Below are positions 8,610 to 17,315 of a DNA stretch of 36,575 nt, piece by piece. The notes under the pieces are model-generated. The model made no database searches. It worked only from the letters and a program-made list of their open reading frames with translations, and was not told the DNA's origin. The first letter of the stretch is position 1. Each line of letters begins with the position of its first letter. The DNA lies in the IMG/VR virus record IMGVR_UViG_3300032753_000092, positions 1-36,575 of that record. One strand, written 5' to 3'. Both the position numbers and the translations under genes were made by a program. Source of the DNA: a virus. Lineage: Duplodnaviria > Caudoviricetes.

Positions 8610-9379
8610 GAATTGGATTTACAATAATATTAAACGGTCTACATCATTTAAAGCATAATGATTATTACAAGACATTGTGTGATAATTTAGACTATTGGGT
8701 TTTAGTTGAAGGAGTATCGTTACCAACAGGATCAACATCTTGGTGTAAAGAGTTACCTGATGATATGCATAAAAACTTTTTATCTAATGATGGTACAACT
8801 GAATTTTTAGATAGCATTAAAAGTGATAAAGTAAGAGTAATTAGACCAAATAATAGAGCATGGAAAAATAAAGATGAGCAAGTTAATGCTGCTATAGCAG
8901 AAATAAAAACCATTACTGATGAATGTATGTTATGGCAAATTGACGTTGATGAGCAGTGGACATTGCAACAAATGAAAGAAGCTGAAACCCATTTAACTAA
9001 TCATAATGGGAAAACAGGTTGTTTTTATTGTAACTACTTTGTTGGTCCTAGACAAATGGCGTATGGTCAATGGGGGGAAGGTAAGCATGAACCATACAGA
9101 AGGTTATGGGATTGGAAAGGTGAAGATTTTGAAACACATGAACCACCTAAGTTAAAAGGTAAAAATGGGCCTGGGTTATTATTAACTCAGCGTTTTAATC
9201 ATTATGCTTACTATTACCCACAAGATGTTAAGTTCAAGGAAAAGTATTACGGAGGGTATGAAGGTTTATATCAAAGGTGGTTAAACGTGCAAGATAATAG
9301 AGATGTTATATCAATTAAAGAGTTGTTAGGACCAAACACCTGGTGGTCATTTACACAAACTTATATAAAATATGTATAA
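8606..9379 (+). CDS. Glycosyltransferase, GT2-like
   Basis: FTIILNG, VLVEG, SNDGT, WQIDVDE, FNHYAY; start placed at the ATGA overlap (8606). Confidence 0.7.
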   Translation: MRIGFTIILNGLHHLKHNDYYKTLCDNLDYWVLVEGVSLPTGSTSWCKELPDDMHKNFLSNDGTTEFLDSIKSDKVRVIRPNNRAWKNKDEQVNAAIAEIKTITDECMLWQIDVDEQWTLQQMKEAETHLTNHNGKTGCFYCNYFVGPRQMAYGQWGEGKHEPYRRLWDWKGEDFETHEPPKLKGKNGPGLLLTQRFNHYAYYYPQDVKFKEKYYGGYEGLYQRWLNVQDNRDVISIKELLGPNTWWSFTQTYIKYV

Positions 9380-10212
9380 TGCTTATTGAAGGAAACAATT
9401 TTATATCTCATTACCTTAAATTAGGTAAACCGTTATGCGCAGGTAAGATTGGCGTAACAGAGCTTAACTTAATGTACTGTGCTCATACAATAGAGAACGC
9501 AAATAGATTTCAACCGCAATTACAACATGAGGTTGAAGATATTGCTGGTTTATACCCTTATACAGTAGCTACTACATTAACATTCAATGATCATATTAAG
9601 CATGCACTTAAGCAAGTAGACTTAATACCACAATGGAATAAAGTTAACCCAATGTTTGAAAAGTTTGTATTTGAAGAGTATTGCCCTGAAGCAAGAATTA
9701 CTGATTTGCAACATTTAGAGCCATACTTTTTTGAAAAGCCATGGACAAATTATCTTGATGGTAAAAAAGTTTTAGTGTTTAGTCCGTTTGCAGAATCTAT
9801 TGAAAATAATTTTATTAATTTAGACAAGATATGGAACGGTCGTATAATTCCAAATTTTAGATTAAAGACAGTTAAGTATCCATTTGCATTGAAAATTTCT
9901 CCTAACCCAAAATATAAATCATCATTTGATATTTACGAAGAGTATTTAGAGATTTTACGCAATGAAGACTTTGATGTTGGTATATTCGGGACTGGGTTCA
10001 CCTCATTGCTGTTTGCAGCTGAGTGTAAACGTTTAGGAAAAACAGGTATTCATTTAGGTGGTTCAACGCAAATATTATTTGGCATCAAAGGTCAAAGATG
10101 GCTTGATATACCAGAATTTGCACCCTTCTTTAATGAGTATTGGACAACACCTTTAGAATCTGAAAAACCAGAAAAGAGACAACTTGTTGAAGGTGGATGT
10201 TATTGGGCATGA
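9379..10212 (+). CDS. Putative glycosyltransferase of polysaccharide loci (GT-D-like)
   Basis: GKIGVTE, GKKVLVFSPF, DFDVGIFGTG, IHLGGSTQILFGIKGQRW, GGCYW; start at the TAATG overlap. Confidence 0.55.
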   Translation: MLIEGNNFISHYLKLGKPLCAGKIGVTELNLMYCAHTIENANRFQPQLQHEVEDIAGLYPYTVATTLTFNDHIKHALKQVDLIPQWNKVNPMFEKFVFEEYCPEARITDLQHLEPYFFEKPWTNYLDGKKVLVFSPFAESIENNFINLDKIWNGRIIPNFRLKTVKYPFALKISPNPKYKSSFDIYEEYLEILRNEDFDVGIFGTGFTSLLFAAECKRLGKTGIHLGGSTQILFGIKGQRWLDIPEFAPFFNEYWTTPLESEKPEKRQLVEGGCYWA

Positions 10213-10979
10213 GTGTTTTTATTCAATATGATGAATGGGGTAGGATGGGTAATAGAATGTTTCAGCTTGCGTTTGGTTATATTTTAGCTAAACAAAAAGG
10301 TGTAAAATTATATCATACAGGATTACCTAACTTTGAGATAACACCAAGTGTATTAGGCGTTACACCGGTTAACGCCATATATACTAGGTCTTACGGAGAC
10401 AATTACGTTGACATGAGTGAGTTGTTAGAAACTAATAGAGACATAGTTATTAATTCATTTGTACAAAAAGCAGAATATTACACACCCTATAAGCAAGAAC
10501 TTAAAACGTTTTTCAATATCAGACCATATACGATTAATAGAGATAAATTGGTAATGCATATTAGAGAAACTGATTACCAAATGATTAACCAATTTCTAGG
10601 TTATGAAGTGTATAAACAAATTATAGAAAAATCTGGGTTTAAAACTGCAACCATAATAACAGACAATTCTGAATGCGAGACAGTTAAGAAACTACTAGCA
10701 GATGGGTGCATTTTAAATAGTGAAGGAGTTGTTAAGGAATTTAATACCGTTAGTGATGCAAGAGCAATGAATGATTTTGACACGTTATTACAAAGTGCTA
10801 ACATTGCATTATCTCAATCTTCATTCTCATGGTGGGCAGCATTCTTAGGTGAGCATGATAAAATCATATTTCCAAGTGTATGGAATAAAGGCCAGTGGAA
10901 GGCTAACCCTGGTAAAGATGATGTTAATTTATGGTTGAATGACAATAATTGCATTCGCTATAATATTGATAATAAGTAA
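10209..10979 (+). CDS. Alpha-1,2-fucosyltransferase-like, GT11
   Basis: GRMGNRMFQ, HIRETDY (HxRxxD) and SSFSWWAAFL are the GT11 signature motifs. Confidence 0.85.
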   Translation: MSVFIQYDEWGRMGNRMFQLAFGYILAKQKGVKLYHTGLPNFEITPSVLGVTPVNAIYTRSYGDNYVDMSELLETNRDIVINSFVQKAEYYTPYKQELKTFFNIRPYTINRDKLVMHIRETDYQMINQFLGYEVYKQIIEKSGFKTATIITDNSECETVKKLLADGCILNSEGVVKEFNTVSDARAMNDFDTLLQSANIALSQSSFSWWAAFLGEHDKIIFPSVWNKGQWKANPGKDDVNLWLNDNNCIRYNIDNK

Positions 10980-10999
10980 CTCTTACCTATATAAATTAT

Positions 11000-11743
11000 A
11001 TGTTTACATTCAGTGCACTAATGAATAATAGCTCTGGCTATAAAGAAAAGAACTTACCTGAAAAATGGGCAATTTTAGAAAAACTATACGAGCAAAACAT
11101 TAAACCAAAAGGTGAAGAAAAGATACCAAAAATTATTCACCAAATTTGGTTAGGTGATGCTATACCAAATGCGTTGTATGATATGATGGATACCATTAAA
11201 AAGGTTAACCCTGGTTATGATTACAAACTTTGGACAGATGTTGAAGCAGAAGAATTCATGTTTGAAAACAAACAGTTATTCAACAAGCTGAGAAATTTAG
11301 GTCAAAAGTCAGATGTATTGAGATATGCTATTTTGTTAAAGTATGGTGGCATTTATTTAGATACAGATTTTATTGGTATTAAATCTTTTGACGAACTATT
11401 GCATTTAGATTTCTTTACTGGAGTTTCTTACGATAAAGAACCAACTTTATTCAATGGGTTAATTGGTTGTGTACCTAACCATGAATTAATGGCTGATTTA
11501 AATAACATAGAAGAAGCAAGAGATGGTGATGGAATGGAAATTATTAAGACTACGGGGCCTTGGTATATGACTAAAAAGCTTTTCAGAAAGATTGACAAGC
11601 TAAATAATATTGTGGTTTTACCTGTAGCATATTTCTATCCATATCCTAATTTTGATAGAGATAGAACTAAAGGCACTGATTACAACGAGTATACAACAAT
11701 TAAAACAATTTGCGTACATCTATGGAATTCAAGCTGGAATTAA
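11000..11743 (+). CDS. Glycosyltransferase, GT32 (OCH1/DXD sugar-binding)
   Basis: IPKIIHQIWLG, SDVLRY, YGGIYLDTD, TGP, HLWNSSW. Confidence 0.88.
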   Translation: MFTFSALMNNSSGYKEKNLPEKWAILEKLYEQNIKPKGEEKIPKIIHQIWLGDAIPNALYDMMDTIKKVNPGYDYKLWTDVEAEEFMFENKQLFNKLRNLGQKSDVLRYAILLKYGGIYLDTDFIGIKSFDELLHLDFFTGVSYDKEPTLFNGLIGCVPNHELMADLNNIEEARDGDGMEIIKTTGPWYMTKKLFRKIDKLNNIVVLPVAYFYPYPNFDRDRTKGTDYNEYTTIKTICVHLWNSSWN

Positions 11744-12573
11744 AAGAAAGTGATTTTATCTCTGGTGAAAGAATCCAAGAAATAGCTCACGTAACCTATT
11801 TTGGTACAACTAACGATAACATACCAAAACAACTCTTAAACACTAAAACAGTTTTAAGAGATAGGTTTGACTTCTATGTAAAGGATAATGAGACTATTGT
11901 TTATGTTTATGGGCATGACTTGGATTTGTTTTTTAGAGAAGCATTTCCAGAAATTGATCACTCAATAAAGTTAATATCTCATAATACAGATTACCCAGTT
12001 GATAGTAAGTATATACAATACTTGGATGATGATAAAATTATTAAATGGTATGCACAAAACGCTATACTAGATCATCCAAAGTTAGTACCTGTACCTATTG
12101 GTATTGCAAATAAACAATGGCCTCATGGCAATATAGATAACTTCTTACATGTGATGAGGTTAGATAATAAAAAAGAAAACGTAGTATATAAAAACTTTGA
12201 TATTGGTACTAATATGGGAGTAAGAAGTAGAGTAAACCAAATTACTAATCAAAACAACATTTTTATGGATAGAACATATCCACATACTGAGTATTTACAA
12301 AGAGTAGCTAAAAGCTTATTTGTAATATCCCCACCAGGTAACGGTATTGATTGTCATAGAATTTGGGAAGCATTATATCTAGGTACAGTGCCAATAGTAG
12401 AGAGAAGCCCAGCTTTTAGAAACTTTACTGATCTACCTATTCTGTTTATAGATAAATGGGAGGATGTTACTTTAGATTTTGTTAAAGCTCAGATACCTTA
12501 CTTTTACGGTGGTCATAAATTTGATTTAACAAAAATAACTTTACCTTATTGGAAGGCTCTTATAAATGAATAA
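11722..12573 (+). CDS. Exostosin/GT47-like glycosyltransferase
   Basis: SHNTD, KWYAQN, PVPIG, SPPGNGIDCHRIWEALYLGTVPIV. Confidence 0.7.
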   Translation: MEFKLELKESDFISGERIQEIAHVTYFGTTNDNIPKQLLNTKTVLRDRFDFYVKDNETIVYVYGHDLDLFFREAFPEIDHSIKLISHNTDYPVDSKYIQYLDDDKIIKWYAQNAILDHPKLVPVPIGIANKQWPHGNIDNFLHVMRLDNKKENVVYKNFDIGTNMGVRSRVNQITNQNNIFMDRTYPHTEYLQRVAKSLFVISPPGNGIDCHRIWEALYLGTVPIVERSPAFRNFTDLPILFIDKWEDVTLDFVKAQIPYFYGGHKFDLTKITLPYWKALINE

Positions 12574-13414
12574 TTTTGGTATAATTTGCAACGACGATGT
12601 TAACAAAGTCGGTCATTTATTGTTTAATAACTTTAAATTAGCTTTAATAAACATCTTTAAATGTAACTTAATTGACATTGTTATACCAATTCAAATACCG
12701 CAACATAATATAAAAACATTAATAATTGTAGATGAACATTATGAACCAAATGTAAAGGTTTGGAGAAATGATGAGTTTATTAGAACTTTAAACGATAATA
12801 AAGTTAAGGTTATAGTTTTTAATTTTGAAAGAATATACAACTCAAGCTTTCCATGGAATGTAGAGCATCAAAAAATGTTAGAAAGGATTAATAACTTAAC
12901 TCAGTTTGTGAGTGATATTGATGATGCTAAATTAATGAACAAGCAAGTTATTAATAAACAGCACTTATCGGTACATACTAATTTAAATGTCATACCATTA
13001 GAAAAGAAAGAAAATAAAGTAGTCTTTATAGGTCAAGTTAATGATTATTACCCAACAAGAAAAAGAGTTATAGAACAAGTTAAAAAAATACTTGACATGG
13101 ATGTGATTGTAACAGACCGTAAATTAATGTATAAAGATTTTCTAGAGACACTTAACAAATACAAATACGTTTTTAATCCTCTAGGCACTGGTAAATTTAT
13201 TAATTTGAGATTTTACGAAGCCATCACTTTAGGTTGTATACCTATTCAAGAAATTAGAGATGATATGATTAGTTGGTATCCTGAGTTAATGCACAGTGTT
13301 AATTTTACATCTGTAGATAAAATAGATTTTGATAAAACTATAGTAAAATATGATAACAGATATAAACTAGAAGATTATTTAAAAGATATTAAAATAGAGA
13401 CATACTTTGAATGA
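12566..13414 (+). CDS. GT-B glycosyltransferase (CgeB/Glyco_trans_1_2-like C-terminus)
   Basis: VVFIGQ....YPTR and NPLG....NLRFYEAITLGCIPI. Confidence 0.65.
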   Translation: MNNFGIICNDDVNKVGHLLFNNFKLALINIFKCNLIDIVIPIQIPQHNIKTLIIVDEHYEPNVKVWRNDEFIRTLNDNKVKVIVFNFERIYNSSFPWNVEHQKMLERINNLTQFVSDIDDAKLMNKQVINKQHLSVHTNLNVIPLEKKENKVVFIGQVNDYYPTRKRVIEQVKKILDMDVIVTDRKLMYKDFLETLNKYKYVFNPLGTGKFINLRFYEAITLGCIPIQEIRDDMISWYPELMHSVNFTSVDKIDFDKTIVKYDNRYKLEDYLKDIKIETYFE

Positions 13415-14781
13415 TTAAAGTTATTATATTTGATTTAGATGGTGTATTAGTTAGCTCAAAAGAGCTACACTATGAAGCACTTAACAGGGCTCTTTTTAAT
13501 GTAGACTCAGATTTGCCTATATCTTTTGAAGAGCATATCGGTAAATATGATGGTTTAAGTACGCGTAAAAAGTTAGAAAAACTAACAAAAGATAAAGGGT
13601 TATCAGAAAAGTATCACGATAAGGTTTGGGAAGATAAGCAAATAGAAACTTTAAGATTAATTAAAAAATTTAAACCTGATTTAAGAATTCAATCCATTCT
13701 TAAATCTTTAGCTCCTAATTATAGGCTTGCATGCTGTACAAATTCAATAAGAGAGACAGCAAAGTTGCAATTAGAGAAGAAAGGCTTTGTAGGTTATTTT
13801 ACCAAATTGTATACCAATGAGGATGTAAAACAAACAAAACCAAACGCAGAAATATATATGCGTTGTATGTTAGACCTTGAAGTTAACCCAGACGAGGTTA
13901 TAATAGTAGAAGACTCATTTATTGGTAGAAGAGCAGCACAAAGATCTGGTGCACATGTTTTACCAGTAAACACTCCAGAAGACTTAACACTTAAATTAAT
14001 ACAAGACTTTATTATGAAATTAGAAAACAAAACCCCAAACCATAAATGGAAATCAGATAAACTTAATATTTTGATTCCAATGGCAGGTGCAGGGTCTAGG
14101 TTTGAGAAAGCCGGTTACACATTCCCAAAACCTTTAATTGATGTTAAAGGTAAACCTATGATTCAAGTTGTAGTAGAAAATCTAAACATGGACGCTAACT
14201 ACCACTTTATTGTACAAGAATCTCATTTACAAAAGTATAATTTAGATCAAATGTTAAAACTTATTACACCTAAAAGCACTTGCATTGCTATTAACGGTAT
14301 GACAGAGGGAGCTGCATGTACAACTTTAAAAGCAGAACAATATATTAATAATGACAATCCTCTTATTATTGCTAATTCAGATCAGTTTGTAGAATGGCAA
14401 AGTGATGAGTTTATGTATAACATGATTACAAGTAATGTTGATGCTGGTATATTAACTTTTAAAGCTACACACCCTAAATGGAGTTTTGCTAAAGTAGATG
14501 ATAATGGGTTTGTTACTGAAGTAGCTGAAAAGAAACCTATTAGTGATATTGCTACTGTAGGTATATACTATTGGAAAAAGGGTAGTGATTACGTAAAGTA
14601 CGCAAAACAAATGATTGAAAAGAATATAAGAGTCAATAATGAGTTTTATGTATGCCCTGTATTCAATGAAGCAATACAAGATAGCAAAAAGGTAAAGGTG
14701 TTCAACATTGATAAAATGTGGGGCATTGGTACTCCGGAAGATTTAACCGTATTTTTAAACAATGCTAATTATATCCCATAG
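13411..14781 (+). CDS. HAD phosphatase fused to a sugar-phosphate nucleotidyltransferase
   Basis: FDLDGVL, TNS, KP and VEDS..G (HAD motifs I-IV), then IPMAGAGSRF...PKPLI, TEGAACT, ANSDQ, EKKPIS, GIGTPEDL. Confidence 0.88.
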   Translation: MIKVIIFDLDGVLVSSKELHYEALNRALFNVDSDLPISFEEHIGKYDGLSTRKKLEKLTKDKGLSEKYHDKVWEDKQIETLRLIKKFKPDLRIQSILKSLAPNYRLACCTNSIRETAKLQLEKKGFVGYFTKLYTNEDVKQTKPNAEIYMRCMLDLEVNPDEVIIVEDSFIGRRAAQRSGAHVLPVNTPEDLTLKLIQDFIMKLENKTPNHKWKSDKLNILIPMAGAGSRFEKAGYTFPKPLIDVKGKPMIQVVVENLNMDANYHFIVQESHLQKYNLDQMLKLITPKSTCIAINGMTEGAACTTLKAEQYINNDNPLIIANSDQFVEWQSDEFMYNMITSNVDAGILTFKATHPKWSFAKVDDNGFVTEVAEKKPISDIATVGIYYWKKGSDYVKYAKQMIEKNIRVNNEFYVCPVFNEAIQDSKKVKVFNIDKMWGIGTPEDLTVFLNNANYIP

Positions 14782-15175
14782 AGGCAATTTAGAAGGCCCA
14801 CAACCTGAGCTAGAAAATAACCCTGAACATATTAAAGAGGTACTTAAAAAGTATCACTGTGAAGTAGATGTCTGGAAAAAAGGCGATTGGTTTTTCTTAG
14901 GCCATGATCAAGGGCAATACTGTGTGTATGAAGACTTTTTTAAACATCCAAGGTTATGGTGTCATGCTAAAAACCTTGAAGCATTTGAGTGGCTATTAAA
15001 GAAAAAGGTTAAATGCTTTTACCACAATACTGATGATTACACACTGACAAGTAATGGATATATTTGGACTTTTCCAGACAAGCCAGTTTCAAAGAAATGT
15101 ATTATAGTTGACAAGAGTAAGGATTGGAAAAAGAAAAACTATAATTGTCATGGTGTTTGTGTTGATTATGTATAG
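14762..15175 (+). CDS. Glycerophosphodiester/PI-PLC-like phosphodiesterase domain protein
   Basis: ISHRGN, EN.P, CEVDVW, LGHD, WCHAKN, GVCVDY. Confidence 0.75.
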   Translation: MLIISHRGNLEGPQPELENNPEHIKEVLKKYHCEVDVWKKGDWFFLGHDQGQYCVYEDFFKHPRLWCHAKNLEAFEWLLKKKVKCFYHNTDDYTLTSNGYIWTFPDKPVSKKCIIVDKSKDWKKKNYNCHGVCVDYV

Positions 15176-15190
15176 GAACCATATTACAAT
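15162..15190 (+). promoter_or_regulatory. Sigma70-type promoter
   Basis: TTGATT, 17 nt, TACAAT; ATG 15197 is 6 nt downstream. Confidence 0.5.
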
Positions 15191-15196
15191 CGTAGT

Positions 15197-15787
15197 ATGA
15201 TTATTAACGATATTCCTGTATACGACGGCTTATTAATTCATAAACGTTTTGCTTATAACTATTTCAGAAAGAAAACCTTACCTATTGGTAACATTGTAGC
15301 ATTTAGAGCTCCAATGAATGTCCAAGCAGAGGGTATGATTGATAGTGAAGATGTATTGCAAAACGATTATATCTATAGTGATGATGCAATTAACTTCTGT
15401 TGGGAAATACCTAACTTAGATCCATTTGGTGCAGTTGCATATCAAAGACTTTTTAATACGCAAATTGCTATGATTTTATCAAATCGTTATCTTAAGAAGC
15501 CAATTGAGGTAGATGGTGATGATTTTATGGTACATGACCAGTTTGAAGGTAGTGATGGTGCATTGCAAAAGGTAGGTAAGTGCAGTGTAAGTATCACGTA
15601 CTCAAAAGATAATGTAGCAATTGGCCATACCGGTATTAATGTTAATGCAGGACGTAAAGCACCAGCATTTGCATATAGTACCAAATTAACTGATGAACAA
15701 GCAACTCAATTTATGAAAGATGTTATTGATTTGTTTTATGCATTAAATGATGACCTCTTTATAGCTACGACAAAAGTTATTACTTGA
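15197..15787 (+). CDS. DUF366-like protein (biotin/lipoate-ligase-like fold)
   Basis: YDG, IVAFR.P, MIDSEDV, I.SDD, QRLF, DGDD, K.SVSI and HTGINV match my recollection of the DUF366 pattern. Confidence 0.65.
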   Translation: MIINDIPVYDGLLIHKRFAYNYFRKKTLPIGNIVAFRAPMNVQAEGMIDSEDVLQNDYIYSDDAINFCWEIPNLDPFGAVAYQRLFNTQIAMILSNRYLKKPIEVDGDDFMVHDQFEGSDGALQKVGKCSVSITYSKDNVAIGHTGINVNAGRKAPAFAYSTKLTDEQATQFMKDVIDLFYALNDDLFIATTKVIT

Positions 15788-16146
15788 TGACAATATTTGA
15801 TTATTTAAATTCTATACTGTTTAGTAAGAAGAAGATAGAGCTGAACTGTGATGACGAGTCACAGTTCAGTATTTTTATGGTTAATAGATGGAGTTCTTTT
15901 TATTCAAAAGATGCTGCAATTTATATTAACCAAACTACTAATACGTACGCAAATTTGTTTAACAGTAAACAAGAACAGTATGATATGTTGCACCACGTAC
16001 TTCCTAGACTAAAGTACAAACGTCTAGATTACGTGAAAAAGGTTAAGAAAGAGGACGCAGAAAAAGATAAACCTTTGATACCGGAGTTTATGAGCCAAAG
16101 AGAGTACCTCCATAACGTTGAATTAGAGAAACTCATAGCTAAATAA
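15787..16146 (+). CDS. gp62: Clamp-loader small subunit, T4 gp62-like
   Basis: IFDYLNSI...FSIFMVNRWSS...KQEQYD resembles gp62; the protein is short and divergent. Confidence 0.55.
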   Translation: MTIFDYLNSILFSKKKIELNCDDESQFSIFMVNRWSSFYSKDAAIYINQTTNTYANLFNSKQEQYDMLHHVLPRLKYKRLDYVKKVKKEDAEKDKPLIPEFMSQREYLHNVELEKLIAK

Positions 16147-16152
16147 AATTAT

Positions 16153-16647
16153 ATGAGCGGACAAGTATCAATTGATAAATTAGCAACGAAGAGAAGTTTA
16201 ATAGACTTAGATAGCTACGGTAAGGGTAATTTTGGTCTTGGTGACGACTTTATCTTATCTAAACTATTTGATGATATTATTTTAGTAGAATTTATTGATG
16301 AAGTAAATGATAACTCTGGCGATGCTATTAAAAGAAATGGTATCTTCGTACCAACCAATGCTCTTATTAAAGCATGGAGAAAAGCTCAAGTAGTATTAAC
16401 CGGTCCAAGTGTAACACAATGTAAAGTAGGTGATATTGTTATATTTCCAAACGATAAAGGTGCAGCAGTATCTAACATTGAAGTTGATGGGCATGGTAAA
16501 CTAAAGAAAGGTGTATTCTTAAACGAACTTAGAATCTTCGGTGTATGTAAAAAGGTAAAACAAGAATCAATTGCAGAAAACGTAGAATTAATTAATGAAG
16601 ACAACGTTGCCCAACCTGAAAAACCTACTAAGTCAAAACGTGTGTGA
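16153..16647 (+). CDS. GroES-like co-chaperonin (T4 gp31 analogue)
   Basis: DDIILVE, mobile-loop-like NGIFVP, AQVVLTGP...CKVGDIVIFP, LNE.RIFG. Confidence 0.75.
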   Translation: MSGQVSIDKLATKRSLIDLDSYGKGNFGLGDDFILSKLFDDIILVEFIDEVNDNSGDAIKRNGIFVPTNALIKAWRKAQVVLTGPSVTQCKVGDIVIFPNDKGAAVSNIEVDGHGKLKKGVFLNELRIFGVCKKVKQESIAENVELINEDNVAQPEKPTKSKRV

Positions 16648-16969
16648 AATAGTGTTTGCTAGACGCAGACCTAAGCCAGATAAACCACCAGTAAGACGTA
16701 TGCTTTGTACTTTAGATGATAACATTCTAAATAGTACAAACGGAAGATTGTCTTTAAACTATAAACCACCAGGAGGTGCTATGCCATATAATCCAGAAAC
16801 TAAAAACTTATTATTAGTATGGGATATATTCATGCAAGATTGGAGAATGGTGAATATGGACGCTTGTGATTTAGTAAACACAATACCGGAAAACGAATTT
16901 TGGAATTATTTTAACAATACTCTTTTGAAGATGTCTCCTCAACAAAAGATGACTTACATGGACTCATGA
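16595..16969 (+). CDS. WYL_2/DUF2693-like SH3-fold phage protein
   Basis: LSQNVCEIVF....RRMLCTL...VWD....WR pattern. Confidence 0.55.
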   Translation: MKTTLPNLKNLLSQNVCEIVFARRRPKPDKPPVRRMLCTLDDNILNSTNGRLSLNYKPPGGAMPYNPETKNLLLVWDIFMQDWRMVNMDACDLVNTIPENEFWNYFNNTLLKMSPQQKMTYMDS

Positions 16970-17304
16970 TCGATAAAACAGAAAAAATGATCAACAATTT
17001 CCTGCAAAGGAATATAGTTTTTTACATTAACAGTGAAAAACCGATGAAGTCCGGTAAGCTTTTAATCTTCAAGTTTAAAGATTTTTATTTTAATTTTATT
17101 ATTAAATCTGATAACGTTACAAAAACGTTTGAAATTCCATACCCTTTTAAAGTAGAAGAAGGTCCTAATTGTTTAAAGTTTTCATATACAATGGAAGATT
17201 TTTCTCAAAAGAATATAGATTTGCTTATTAAAGCAAAGTTACTCAAACCTAAAAAAAGAAATAAATTATACAACTCTACAGTTGTTTTATCTGCACTTAA
17301 CTAA
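16966..17304 (+). CDS. Hypothetical protein
   Basis: 112-aa ORF coupled by ATGA overlap; no motif recognised. Confidence 0.65.
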   Translation: MIDKTEKMINNFLQRNIVFYINSEKPMKSGKLLIFKFKDFYFNFIIKSDNVTKTFEIPYPFKVEEGPNCLKFSYTMEDFSQKNIDLLIKAKLLKPKKRNKLYNSTVVLSALN

Positions 17305-17315
17305 TATAATTAGGG

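Noticed and set aside
5061-15175. Host O-antigen/capsule locus (prophage boundary or chimeric assembly)
   Set aside because: Same composition and promoter style as the flanking phage genes, a promoter region interlocked with a phage late gene, and no wzx/wzy/ABC export genes.
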